Shown: piece by piece, positions 1 through 8,899 of the stretch
Position numbering within the stretch: position 1 is the stretch's first letter
How the letters are laid out: each line of letters begins with the position of its first letter
Source of the DNA: an uncultured delta proteobacterium
GTDB lineage: Bacteria; Myxococcota; Kuafuiibacteriia; Kuafuiibacteriales; Kuafuiibacteriaceae
DNA length: 64,000 nucleotides
Direction of reading: 5' to 3'
Assembly (NCBI GenBank): GCA_963803435.1
Contig: CAWDML010000007.1
Location: forward strand, 288,001-352,000
Made by a program: the position numbers and the translations under genes
The notes under the pieces: model-generated
What the model was told of the DNA's origin: nothing
The model's database searches: none
The model's input: only the letters and a program-made list of their open reading frames with translations

Positions 1-406
1 TGTTCCAGCGCAGAGCGGCCTCCGCGCCGTTCGACAGAAGCACCGCATTGCTGTCGAGGCCCAGCGCGTTCACATCGTTTGCGGTTCCGATGTACGCCGC
101 CTCGAGCGCCAGCGGCATGCGCGTCCCCAGGATCAGGCGCGCAGTCCAGCTGCCGCCGGTGTCCATGACGTTTCTCGTGCCCGAGTCGGAGAAGCCGAAT
201 ACACCTCCACCAATCTGAACGCTGGCGCCGAATCCCGACATCGGCCCCGCCGGTTGGGTGACGTCGTAGCCATAGTCGTCGTTGTCACCGGTGTTGTCGT
301 TCGTATCCACGTTGTTCCCGTTATTGTCCGCTCGCGCCACGCCTCCGTATCCAGTCAAGAGCGCAGTCGCGAATGCAGCCGTCATCCAACGAGAAAGTTG
401 TCGCAT
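1..406 (-). CDS. outer membrane beta-barrel-type protein (partial, runs off window start)
   Basis: Not in ORF track. Manual translation MRQLSRWMTAAFATALLTGYGGVARA (signal peptide), then ...GASVQIGGGVFGF...GGSWTARLILGTRMPLALEAAYIG. GAGGAGG RBS upstream. Confidence 0.7.
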   Translation of the reverse strand, partial: MRQLSRWMTAAFATALLTGYGGVARADNNGNNVDTNDNTGDNDDYGYDVTQPAGPMSGFGASVQIGGGVFGFSDSGTRNVMDTGGSWTARLILGTRMPLALEAAYIGTANDVNALGLDSNAVLLSNGAEAALRWN

Positions 407-460
407 CTCTCTTCCTCCTCATGATCGACGTCCCACACGGATCTCCTTGGAAGTAGCGAG

Positions 461-476
461 TGCAAAGCAGGTGCCA
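461..476 (-). promoter_or_regulatory. sigma54 -24/-12 promoter
   Basis: TGGCACCTGCTTTGCA, near-consensus GG-N10-GC, upstream of CDS starting at 406. Confidence 0.8.
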
Positions 477-611
477 TGCCCGCGAGCGGCGCGCGATCTC
501 TCGAGCTGCACGAACCACGGTGCATCGCGTCGCACCGTCGCGCTGCTGTACCGGCCTCGATCATGGAGTGTGGGCGCGAGCGCCCGGATGGAGAGCGGAT
601 CGGGATCGATC

Positions 612-1100
612 TCAACGGACCAGGGTGGCTTTGGCCTTTGTCGAGCGAGGCCGGATCGCGGTGATCGTCGCGCCCCCGACGGCCTCACGGACCGCTCGAC
701 CGACCATGAGCGCGGTCTCACGTGCGAAGCGCATCTTCGCAGCAGAGACGATGGGACCGTGCACCCGCTGGAGATAGCCGTCGATGCTCCGCCGTAGGAG
801 CGCGGCGCGGGAGGTCGACAAGGGACCTCTCAGGAGCTCGACCAGGTTGCCGGTGTGGACGACGGCGAGACCCGAGACGCGCGCCGGATGTGCGCAGTCG
901 TCGAGGCGGGGGTAGAGCACGGCCTCGAACGCCGCCTCGTACCGCTCGATCGCGTCCGCCAACCGGCGCGCGCGCGCGACCAGGCCGGGCCCGCCCATGC
1001 CGGTCGCTCGATCGAGATCCTCGGCGAACCGATCGAGCTTCAAATAGTACTCGTGAAGGATCTCGAAGATGTTGTCCTCAGACTCCCAGAGATTGGACAT
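612..1100 (-). CDS. hypothetical protein, degenerate hemerythrin/HHE-like helical domain
   Basis: IFEILHEYY...LADAIERYEAAFEAVLYPRL resembles the hemerythrin HxxxEExxLYP motif without the His ligands. GAGGG RBS. Confidence 0.45.
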   Translation of the reverse strand: MSNLWESEDNIFEILHEYYLKLDRFAEDLDRATGMGGPGLVARARRLADAIERYEAAFEAVLYPRLDDCAHPARVSGLAVVHTGNLVELLRGPLSTSRAALLRRSIDGYLQRVHGPIVSAAKMRFARETALMVGRAVREAVGGATITAIRPRSTKAKATLVR

Positions 1101-1232
1101 CCCTCATTCACTCCATGGGCGAGCCGAGGCTTCGCCGAACACCCGCTGCTCGACCCGGCCGCACTGGACGGAAGGGAGCTCCGTGGGGACGCTCGTCGGC
1201 GACCGGGCCGAGCGCAGGTTCCCACCCTCGAC

Positions 1233-1248
1233 TGCAAGGCCTCGGCCA
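1233..1248 (-). promoter_or_regulatory. sigma54 -24/-12 promoter
   Basis: TGGCCGAGGCCTTGCA upstream of the 612..1100 CDS. Confidence 0.6.
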
Positions 1249-1343
1249 GGGTGAGATCGCGGAGAGGCGCCGATCGACCCCCGCGATCCGAGGAGCGGTG
1301 CCACCCCGCGCGCGCACGTCACGCTTCGCGTCCGCGCGAACCG

Positions 1344-1359
1344 CGGTATGTGCCTTGCA
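1344..1359 (+). promoter_or_regulatory. sigma54 -24/-12 promoter
   Basis: CGGTATGTGCCTTGCA upstream of ATG 1383. Confidence 0.65.
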
Positions 1360-1382
1360 CATCTCCAGGCGCGAGGCTTTCG

Positions 1383-2006
1383 ATGCGAGCGACCTTTGCG
1401 CCGATACTGGGTTCTCTCTTGCTGATGGGATCGGCCTCTCCCCTCTCTCCCGTCTGTCCTGATCGGGGAGAGGTCCTGCTCGATCCCGCCGTGCACACCT
1501 ACTCGGACTGCGTTCTCCACCGGCTCCTCGGCGTCGCCCGCGAAGCCGAAGCGGATTGGAAGACGGTGGTGCTGGCGGATCCCGATCTAGGTATGGAGGT
1601 GAGGCCTGAGCACCAGCTGGTGCTGGACCTCGGGTTGGTCCGCCTGGCGGCGAACGCCGACCAGCTCGCCGCCGCGATTGCGTACCTCCTCGCCCAGCGT
1701 ACCTGGGACCCTGCGCACGCTGTGACCGACGCGCGCGAGGCGACCCGGATCGCGCAAATACTGGCGAGTGACGCCGGTTTCTCGCCCTCGGAGGGGCTCA
1801 TCTTCTGGCGCAAGCTGGCCCGGGAGCACCCAGCGTCCGCGCTGGCCGCGGAGGTCATGCAAGACAACCTGCAGACCGCCCAACAGCGCTATCGGCACGC
1901 GAGGGCGCTCGGCGTGATGGAGTGCCGGCGCCCGGAGGTCCCCGCGGCGCAGATCGATCTTTATTACGCTTCGACGTCGTTCGAAGAAGGAGGAATCCCG
2001 CGATGA
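1383..2006 (+). CDS. secreted M48-peptidase-like protein lacking HEXXH
   Basis: Signal peptide. Collinear with the 10006..10839 M48 (NADQLAAAIAYLLAQ vs NPDELAAVIGHEVGH; AGFSPSEGLIFWRKLA vs AGFDPDQAVRLWEKMA). Confidence 0.6.
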   Translation: MRATFAPILGSLLLMGSASPLSPVCPDRGEVLLDPAVHTYSDCVLHRLLGVAREAEADWKTVVLADPDLGMEVRPEHQLVLDLGLVRLAANADQLAAAIAYLLAQRTWDPAHAVTDAREATRIAQILASDAGFSPSEGLIFWRKLAREHPASALAAEVMQDNLQTAQQRYRHARALGVMECRRPEVPAAQIDLYYASTSFEEGGIPR

Positions 2007-2374
2007 CCTGGTCTGACCGCTCTCACCTGCCGCTCCCGGCGCTGCTCGCCTTGGTGCTGTTCGGCTGTGCCACGGCGGAGCCCCCCAAGCAGGCTCACCT
2101 CGAGGCGAGCGCGGCCGTGCGCGCGGCCGAGGAGCTCGTCGAGCCGGAGGCCCCGATGCCGCAGGCGGAGCTCTATCTCACGAAGGCCCAGGATCACCTC
2201 CGCGCCGCGGAGATCCTCCTCGAGAAGAGCAACTACGAGGGGGCGCACCTTCACTACGAGCGGGCCAAGGCCGACGCGGAGACGTCAATCGCGCTCGCCC
2301 GCGCGCACCGAGCGGAGAAGGAGGCGGCCGACGCGGAGGCACGGCTGGACGTCGTGGGAGGAGGCGGACGATGA
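2003..2374 (+). CDS. DUF4398-domain lipoprotein
   Basis: Lipobox LFGC; ASAAVRAAEE...ERAKADAETSIALAR pattern; ATGA overlap with the upstream gene. Confidence 0.75.
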   Translation: MTWSDRSHLPLPALLALVLFGCATAEPPKQAHLEASAAVRAAEELVEPEAPMPQAELYLTKAQDHLRAAEILLEKSNYEGAHLHYERAKADAETSIALARAHRAEKEAADAEARLDVVGGGGR

Positions 2375-2952
2375 GGTGGAGAGGTTTGGGCATGATCACG
2401 GTCGCGCTCTATGGTTGTGCCAGCATGGGCCCAAGCCCTGCGCTGCTCGACGCGCGCCGCATGCAGAAGAAGGCCGATGCCGATCAGGTCAACCGGCTGG
2501 CACCCGCGCAGTTGAGGGAGGCCGAGCAGCTCCTCGCCCGCGCGGAGGACGCACACCGGTCTCATCCCCAGTCGATCGAAGAGAAGCACCTGTCCCATCT
2601 CGCGATCGACGAGTTCGAGATCGCCATTGCCGAGGGCCGCCGGCGCGACGCTCGACAGCGGGAGGAGGACGCCCGCCGCCGCTACTTCAACGAACAGGCG
2701 CAACTCCGCCAGCGGGTCGACGAGCAGACGGCGCAGCTCAAGAAGAATCATCAGGAGGTGGTGGGGAGGATCGACGCCAACCGCGCTGAGCTCGCAGCGC
2801 TCGAGAAGCGTATCGAGTCGGGCGAGAACATGGACGCCGCCCAGATCGAGGAGCTGAGAACGGCGGCGAGGACCCTCACCGAGCGACTCCAGATCCTGGC
2901 GGCCAAGCGCGAGGCGCTCGAGGCAGCGCTCGCCGAGCACGATCACGGTTGA
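2371..2952 (+). CDS. DUF4398-like lipoprotein with C-terminal coiled coil
   Basis: Lipobox LYGC; LAPAQLREAEQLLARAE; heptad-rich C-terminus. Confidence 0.65.
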   Translation: MRWRGLGMITVALYGCASMGPSPALLDARRMQKKADADQVNRLAPAQLREAEQLLARAEDAHRSHPQSIEEKHLSHLAIDEFEIAIAEGRRRDARQREEDARRRYFNEQAQLRQRVDEQTAQLKKNHQEVVGRIDANRAELAALEKRIESGENMDAAQIEELRTAARTLTERLQILAAKREALEAALAEHDHG

Positions 2953-2956
2953 TTCG

Positions 2957-3340
2957 TCAGACCTTCAGCTTGGCTCGGATCGCCCGGAAGATCGCGGCGC
3001 CGGCCCCAGCCGCGATCAGCGCGATCACCCAGGCGACCGCCCCGACCACCAACCCGCCGACGACCGCGCTTCCGGTCAGGCTCCAGGTGCCGACGAACAG
3101 CGCCACGAAGAACCCGAAGAGGCCTACGACGAACGTGGTGGCCGCGAGCATCACCAGGGCCGAAGCCGTGATCCCGGGCGCGACCACCTCGGCGGCCTGC
3201 GCCTTGAGGCGAAGCGCCTCGGCCTTGACGAGCGCGGTGGTCTCCCGCGTCAGCCGCGAGATGAGCTCGCCGGTGGACGCGCGCTCCGGATCCTCGACCG
3301 GCGAGTGAATCGGCATCATTTCTTTCGGCATCCCGACCAT
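2957..3340 (-). CDS. phage-holin-family (DUF1469/YqjE-like) membrane protein
   Basis: STGELISRLTRETTALVKAEALRLKAQ followed by two TM helices. Start set at the ATG 15 nt after the sigma54 element. Confidence 0.75.
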   Translation of the reverse strand: MVGMPKEMMPIHSPVEDPERASTGELISRLTRETTALVKAEALRLKAQAAEVVAPGITASALVMLAATTFVVGLFGFFVALFVGTWSLTGSAVVGGLVVGAVAWVIALIAAGAGAAIFRAIRAKLKV

Positions 3341-3353
3341 CGACGACAATGTC

Positions 3354-3369
3354 CGCAATCCCCATGCCG
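3354..3369 (-). promoter_or_regulatory. sigma54 -24/-12 promoter
   Basis: CGGCATGGGGATTGCG; ATG at 3340. Confidence 0.7.
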
Positions 3370-3420
3370 CCGGCCGCCGTGCCGCTCGGCCCCGTTGGGT
3401 CGTTGCGAAGAGCCACGCTG

Positions 3421-3436
3421 TGGCGCAAGCCGTGCT
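3421..3436 (+). promoter_or_regulatory. sigma54 -24/-12 promoter
   Basis: TGGCGCAAGCCGTGCT, divergent from the 3354 site, upstream of the DUF3618-otsB unit. Confidence 0.6.
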
Positions 3437-3494
3437 GACATCTTCGCCGTAGGAGTCGTCGCGGCTGGTTCACCTCTTGCTGCCCACTCGAGCG

Positions 3495-3962
3495 ATGACC
3501 GATCGCGCGCAACCGAAAGAACGAGCTCTCACGCAGCTCCCCCAGACCGAGGTCGGCGACGACCCGGCGGAGCCCGAAGCCCTCGCTCATGCGGTGCGTG
3601 ATCATCGGCGGGCGGTGGAAGAGACCGTAGAGGCCCTCAAGACGAAGTTTTCCCGCGCGACCGACCGCGTCGAGCATGCGCGGGAGAAGGTCGACGACGC
3701 GACCGTCTTCGTCCGCGAGCATCGCTGGCCGCTTCTGGGTGTCGCGTCTGTGCTCGGCCTGCTCGTCGGGATCCGCGCTCGCCGGCCGCAGCGGGTTCAG
3801 CTGATGCTGCCGAGCGGCCTCCCGGGCGAGAGCGTCGTCGCCCAACCCGCGCGCCGCCAGCGCACGTTCGTTAGGGCCGCCGTGGGCGCGATCGGCTCGA
3901 TCCTCCTCCGAGAGCTGGGCTGGCGGGCGCTGGAGCGGGTCGAAGCCAAGCTCAGGCGCTGA
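3495..3962 (+). CDS. DUF3618/ElaB-like membrane-anchored protein
   Basis: EALAHAVRDHRRAVEETVEALKTK...FVREHRWPLLGVASVLGLLVG. Confidence 0.65.
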   Translation: MTDRAQPKERALTQLPQTEVGDDPAEPEALAHAVRDHRRAVEETVEALKTKFSRATDRVEHAREKVDDATVFVREHRWPLLGVASVLGLLVGIRARRPQRVQLMLPSGLPGESVVAQPARRQRTFVRAAVGAIGSILLRELGWRALERVEAKLRR

Positions 3963-4723
3963 TGGTCTACCTGCGCGGCGTGGACGAGCTGCTCGACGCC
4001 GCCGGTCCGGCTCCGGCGGTCTTCTTGGACTATGACGGCACCCTTACCCCGATCGTCGCAGTCCCCGGCGCCGCGGTCCTCTCGAGCGACATGCGCGAGC
4101 GGATCCGGCGACTCGCCGAGCTCTGTCCGGTGGCAGTGATCAGCGGCCGCGACCGCGAGGACGTACGGGCCCGCGTCGGCCTGGACGCGCTCGCATACGC
4201 CGGCAGTCACGGCTACGACATCGTCGGGCCGTTCGGACGATTCGAGCATCGCGTGGGCGAGGACAGCCGCGACGCGCTCGCCGCGCTGGCCCGGATGCTG
4301 GAGCGCGCCCTCGCGGACGTCCCCGGCGCGATGGTGGAGGAGAAGCAGTTCTCCCTGGCCGTGCATTTTCGCCGCACGGCGCCCGCCGACGAGCCCCGCG
4401 TCCGGTCGCTCGTGGCGCGCGTCCTCTCCGACGACCGGTGGTCGCGGTTTGCCGCCGCCGAGGGGAAGAAGGTGCTCGACCTCCGGCCGGACGCCGGCTG
4501 GCACAAAGGAAAGGCCGTTCGCTGGCTGCTCGACGCCCTGCAGGCGGCCGGACGGACGCCGGTCTACGTCGGCGACGACACCACCGACGAGCTCGCCTTC
4601 GCCGAGCTCTCCGGCGACGGGGTCACGGTCAAGGTGGGGCCGGGCCCGACGCAGGCCCGGTTCCATCTCCCAGACGTGGGGGCGGTCGGCGGTTTCCTGG
4701 ATGCACTCCGCGCGCGGCTCTGA
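3962..4723 (+). CDS. otsB: trehalose-6-phosphate phosphatase
   Basis: HAD motifs FLDYDGTL, ISGR, AGSHG, KGKAV, VGDDTTDE. Confidence 0.93.
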   Translation: MVYLRGVDELLDAAGPAPAVFLDYDGTLTPIVAVPGAAVLSSDMRERIRRLAELCPVAVISGRDREDVRARVGLDALAYAGSHGYDIVGPFGRFEHRVGEDSRDALAALARMLERALADVPGAMVEEKQFSLAVHFRRTAPADEPRVRSLVARVLSDDRWSRFAAAEGKKVLDLRPDAGWHKGKAVRWLLDALQAAGRTPVYVGDDTTDELAFAELSGDGVTVKVGPGPTQARFHLPDVGAVGGFLDALRARL

Positions 4724-4788
4724 GGCAGTCCGCCACGTTCTGCGCATGAGCGCCACGGAAATCTCTGCAGGAAACCAGCGTCCCAATC

Positions 4789-4804
4789 CAGCACGGAACT
4801 TGCT
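4789..4804 (+). promoter_or_regulatory. degenerate sigma54-like element (AG in place of GG)
   Basis: CAGCACGGAACTTGCT; ATG 4819 lies 16 nt after the -12 C; tandem CGCCACG at 4731 and 4751 upstream. Confidence 0.35.
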
Positions 4805-4818
4805 GAGCACGAGGCGAC

Positions 4819-5562
4819 ATGGACCTCGCGGCACGGACCCACTTGCAAGAGGAGCTGAGGCGCGCGGATCGGCGCTCGATGTTCCGGGCAGCGGCCGCAG
4901 AGATCGCGCACGAGCTGCTCACCCCCCTGAACGTGGTGCAGGCGCGGGCGCAGCTGCTCTCGATGCGCGAGTCGGACGACGAGATCGACGCCAACGTCAA
5001 GGTCATCATCGATCAGATCCAGAAGGTCGCAGCGTGCCTCCGGCAGATGGTAGACGCGGCCACCGGAGAGGGACCGCGGGTCGATCCCGTCAGCCTCGCC
5101 AAGATCTGTGACGAGGCCTGTCAGCTGGTGCGGCCGCTGGCCGAGTCCCGCCGCGTGACGCTCGAGGTCGGCCCCGAAGCCCAGGACGCGGCGCGGCGGG
5201 TCGATCGGGTGAAGACGCTTCAGCTCCTGACGAACGTCCTCGTCAACAGCGTCGATGCGATGCCAGAGGGCGGCTCCATCGAGCTCGCCGCCCACGCGCT
5301 CGAGATCGACAAGGTCGGCGACCCGCACGCGGCTCCGGGCTCCTACGTCCGCTTCATGATCCGGGATCGCGGCCATGGATTCGACGTTTCGGCGCTGAGC
5401 ACCCGCCTTTCAACGACCCCCATGGGGACCTCCCCGAAGCTGGGCTTCTTCGTCTGCCGGAATGTTCTCAAGGAGCTGGGTGGATGGATGACGGTGGAGA
5501 GTGAGACCGGAAGAGGAGCCACGATCGCGCTCTTCATTCCCGACGGAGACCAATCTAAATGA
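4819..5562 (+). CDS. histidine kinase (HisKA+HATPase) without sensor domain
   Basis: H-box AHELLTPLN, N-box NVLVNSVDAM, DRGHG; F and G2 boxes degenerate. Confidence 0.85.
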   Translation: MDLAARTHLQEELRRADRRSMFRAAAAEIAHELLTPLNVVQARAQLLSMRESDDEIDANVKVIIDQIQKVAACLRQMVDAATGEGPRVDPVSLAKICDEACQLVRPLAESRRVTLEVGPEAQDAARRVDRVKTLQLLTNVLVNSVDAMPEGGSIELAAHALEIDKVGDPHAAPGSYVRFMIRDRGHGFDVSALSTRLSTTPMGTSPKLGFFVCRNVLKELGGWMTVESETGRGATIALFIPDGDQSK

Positions 5563-6974
5563 CCAAACGAGTCTTGATCGTCGATGACGACCGAAACCTA
5601 TGCGAGACCCTGCAAGCTGCCTTGCAGAAGCGATCCTTTGAGGTCGCCTGGCGGACCAACGCCGTTCAGGCGCTGGAGGCGGTGCAGGAGCAAGAGTTCG
5701 ACTGCGTCCTCACCGATCTCAAGCTTGGAGAGGACAACGGACTCACGGTCTGTGAGCGCATCGTGGCCAATCGACCCAACACGCCGGTCATCGTGATCAC
5801 GGCCTACGGCAGCATGGAGTCTGCGGTCGGCGCCCTTCGCGTCGGGGCGCACGACTACATCACCAAGCCGGTCGACATCGCGGCGCTCGGAATGACCGTC
5901 GAGCGTGCGATCCAGCACCGCGAGCTTCGTGAAGAGGTCCGGCGCCTCCGCCAGGAGGTCCAGCGTTTCCGGGGTGACGAGCGGCTGATCGGCCAGAGCA
6001 CGTCGATGAAGCATGTCTTCGAGATGATCACTCGGGTGAGCCCCAGCGAAGCGACGGCGCTGATCATGGGCGACAGCGGCACCGGCAAGGAGCTGGTGGC
6101 GCGGGCGATCCACGAGGAGAGCGAACGACGGAACGGCCCGTTCGTCGCCATCAACTGCGCGGCCGTGCCCCCGACCCTCCTCGAGAGCGAGCTGTTCGGA
6201 CACGTGCGCGGCGCCTTCACCGACGCCAAGCGCGGCCGCGACGGCCTGTTCGTGCAGGCCACCGGGGGAACGCTCTTCCTCGACGAGATCGGCGAGCTCC
6301 CGCTCGAGATGCAGCCGAAGCTGCTGCGTGCGATCCAGGAGCGAAAGGTCCGCCCGGTCGGCGGCAACACCGAGGTCCCGATCGACGTTCGCATCATCGC
6401 CGCGACCAATCGCGACCTCGAGGCGGACGTGAACGAGGGGCGCTTCCGCGAGGATCTCTTCTACCGCATCAACGTGGTCACGATCGCGGTGCCTCCGCTC
6501 CGCAACCGTGACAACGATGTGCTCCTGCTGGCGCAGCGCTTCATCGACGACTGCAGCTCCCGCGTCGGCAAGAAGGTCGTCGGCCTCTCGTCGGCCGCTG
6601 CCAAGCGCCTCCTCGACTACGACTGGCCCGGCAACGTCCGCGAGCTGGAGAACTGCATGGAGCGCGCAGTCACGCTCACGACGTTCGACCGGATCACCCT
6701 CGACGATCTCCCCGAGAAGATCAGGAGCTACGAGAGCTCGCGCCTGGTCATCCCGGACGAGGATCCGGCGACGATGCCCACGATCGAGGAGCTCGAGCGC
6801 AGCTACGTCCACCAGGTGCTCAAGGCTGTCGGGGGCAACAAGACCCACGCCGCCCAGGTGCTCGGCGTCGATCGCCGGACCCTGTATCGCAAGCTGGAGA
6901 AGTACGCCTCGAAGAAGGAGAACGGCGTGCCGGCCAAGCGCGCCCCCAGCTGGAGCCGCGCCATCGCCAGCTGA
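5559..6974 (+). CDS. sigma54-dependent response regulator (NtrC/AtoC family bEBP) #1
   Basis: Receiver domain, GDSGTGKE Walker A, ESELFGH, GAFTDA, WPGNVREL, Fis HTH. Confidence 0.95.
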   Translation: MTKRVLIVDDDRNLCETLQAALQKRSFEVAWRTNAVQALEAVQEQEFDCVLTDLKLGEDNGLTVCERIVANRPNTPVIVITAYGSMESAVGALRVGAHDYITKPVDIAALGMTVERAIQHRELREEVRRLRQEVQRFRGDERLIGQSTSMKHVFEMITRVSPSEATALIMGDSGTGKELVARAIHEESERRNGPFVAINCAAVPPTLLESELFGHVRGAFTDAKRGRDGLFVQATGGTLFLDEIGELPLEMQPKLLRAIQERKVRPVGGNTEVPIDVRIIAATNRDLEADVNEGRFREDLFYRINVVTIAVPPLRNRDNDVLLLAQRFIDDCSSRVGKKVVGLSSAAAKRLLDYDWPGNVRELENCMERAVTLTTFDRITLDDLPEKIRSYESSRLVIPDEDPATMPTIEELERSYVHQVLKAVGGNKTHAAQVLGVDRRTLYRKLEKYASKKENGVPAKRAPSWSRAIAS

Positions 6975-6979
6975 CGCCG

Positions 6980-7819
6980 TCACTCGCCCAGCCGCGCCTT
7001 CAGCACGTCGATCAGATCGACGATCTGCGCCGACTCCGGAGCTTCTCCGCGGGGGACGCGGCCCACCGCCTGGCCAGCCTCGGCCTTCGACTCGACCAGG
7101 GCCTCGAGACGCTCGTCGTCCTCGTCCACCATCAGGTCCTCGGGGAGCGCGTCGACCGTCAGCGTCTCCACGGCGCGGGTCATCTTGCGGAGCGCGGCAG
7201 CGTCCAGGTCCTCGTCGTCGGCCGGCGAGAGACCGACCGTCTCCGGCGTCCTCAGGTCTTCCTGGAAGCGGAGGGTCTGGGCGCGGAGGATCCCGTTCTC
7301 GGACATGATCGCCACCAGGTGCGGGCGCCCGCGCATGATGAAGGTGCCGACGCCGATGCGATCGGTCTCCTCCATGACCTCGGCGAGCAGGCGGTACGGG
7401 CGCACCGTATCGCCCTCCGGGGCCAGAAAGTAGCTGCGGTCGAAGTACCTCGGATCGAGCTGGCTGCGCTCGACGAAGCGCTCGAGCTCAATCTCGCGGG
7501 ACTTCTTCGGCTCGACCTGCGCCAGCGCCTCGTCGGACACCACCACGAACTCGCCGGGCGCGCGCTCGAAGCCCCGAACAATCTCGTCGCTGTCGAGGAG
7601 CCGGTTCTCCTCGGGACAAAGGTAGCGTCGCTGGAGCAGGTGGCCGGCCTCGGTCGTCATCCGCATCCGCACACCCGCGGTCCGCGAGGCGGAGTAGAGC
7701 CCCACGGGGACGCTGACGAGACCGAACGTGATCATGCCCGACCAGAACGGTCGGGGCGTCCTCGGCTCCTCCTCCAGCGTCTCGGGCTCAGGCGCTCTTC
7801 TTCTTGCTCTTCTGGCCAC
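6980..7819 (-). CDS. ku: non-homologous end-joining protein Ku (copy 2)
   Basis: RPFWSGMITFGLVSVPVGLYSA, YFDRSYFLAP, C-terminal DLIDVLKARL; GGAGG RBS before GTG. Confidence 0.93.
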   Translation of the reverse strand: MARRARRRAPEPETLEEEPRTPRPFWSGMITFGLVSVPVGLYSASRTAGVRMRMTTEAGHLLQRRYLCPEENRLLDSDEIVRGFERAPGEFVVVSDEALAQVEPKKSREIELERFVERSQLDPRYFDRSYFLAPEGDTVRPYRLLAEVMEETDRIGVGTFIMRGRPHLVAIMSENGILRAQTLRFQEDLRTPETVGLSPADDEDLDAAALRKMTRAVETLTVDALPEDLMVDEDDERLEALVESKAEAGQAVGRVPRGEAPESAQIVDLIDVLKARLGE

Positions 7820-8595
7820 GTGTCCTCCGCTTTGGGAGCGCGAGGCTCTTCGAGAGCAGAATCCTCGAGCGAACCCGTCTTCGCGGCCGAGCGGCGCTCG
7901 CCGCGGCGCACGGTGTGGTCCTCGGCGCGCCGGGCGACGAGCTCGAGGAGATCTTCGGTATAGGTGTCGGGGAAGGCGCCCGGATCGAAGGGCGCCTCCA
8001 GGGACCCTACCAGCTGGCGGGCCAGATCGAGCTCCTTCTTCTTGGCGGCTCGACCGGTGGGGACCGGCAGCTCCCTGGCCGGCATGACCTCGGCCGCGGA
8101 CCGCAGCGTGCTCACCGCGAGATACTTACCGTCCGAGGTCACCGCGCCGAGATAGTGCTTCTTCCGCATGACCCAGCGGGCGATCCCGGCGAGGCGCTTC
8201 TTGGCCAGCACCGTGGTCAGGAGCGCGTGAGCGGAGGTGCGGCCGTCCGGTGCGAGATAGTAGGGGCGCTCGAAGTAGGAGGGCTCGATCGCGCTCTCGT
8301 GCACGAAGCAGGTGATCTCAATCTCCCGCCTCGGCGGCGGCGCGATCTCCTCCAGGTCCCGTGCGGTGACCTCGACCAGGGTCCCGTCCGGGAGCACCGC
8401 CGCTCTATGGACCTGATCGGTGGGGACAATCTCGTCCTCCTCGGGGTCGAACCAACGCTGCTCCACCGGAGCACCGTCCTCGCGGTGCAGCAACCGGAAG
8501 TGAACACCGCGCCGCTCCACGGCGGAGTGGAGGCGAACGGGCACCTCCCACTCGCCGAATCGGATCACGCCCTTCCAGATCGCACGCGTCGCCAT
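7788..8595 (-). CDS. ku: non-homologous end-joining protein Ku (copy 1), apparent +1 frameshift near the C-terminus
   Basis: RAIWKGVIRFG, YFERPYYLAP. Removing one base at 7859-7863 restores SLEDLLSKSLA...KSKKKSA* ending at 7788. Confidence 0.9.
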
Positions 8596-8789
8596 TGCGT
8601 CGTGGGCGTCAGCAGCTCGCAGGCCGGGCAGCGCTCCCGGTGGCCAGGCCCCTCTTTGACACAGCAGGGGCACACTCGGCGCCCGCAATCGCCGCAGAGA
8701 TGGCGAACTCCGACCGAGTACTTCTGCGAGCAGAACTCACAGACCTCGCGCCCGTCGCACAACCAAACCATGGTATCGACCTGCTCCAC
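8565..8789 (-). CDS. small Cys-rich putative double zinc-finger protein (74 aa)
   Basis: CEFC, CGDC, CPCC, CPAC; GGAGG RBS before GTG 8789; overlaps the Ku start. Confidence 0.7.
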   Translation of the reverse strand: MEQVDTMVWLCDGREVCEFCSQKYSVGVRHLCGDCGRRVCPCCVKEGPGHRERCPACELLTPTTQWRRVRSGRA

Positions 8790-8899
8790 TGACGCCGCTC
8801 CTCCAACCAGAAAGAACGTCCGCACGATCCACGCCAAGCAGCGCCGCCCGCGAGCGGTCCCCTCGGCCGTGCCCGCGCGCCACGACGTGCCGTCGGCGC

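Noticed and set aside
2957-3340. Prophage lysis gene
   Set aside because: The holin-family label covers YqjE-like stress membrane proteins, and there are no phage genes nearby.
7732-7819. 88-bp overlap or C-terminal extension of ku1
   Set aside because: Caused by the indel at 7859-7863; the corrected ku1 stops at 7788.
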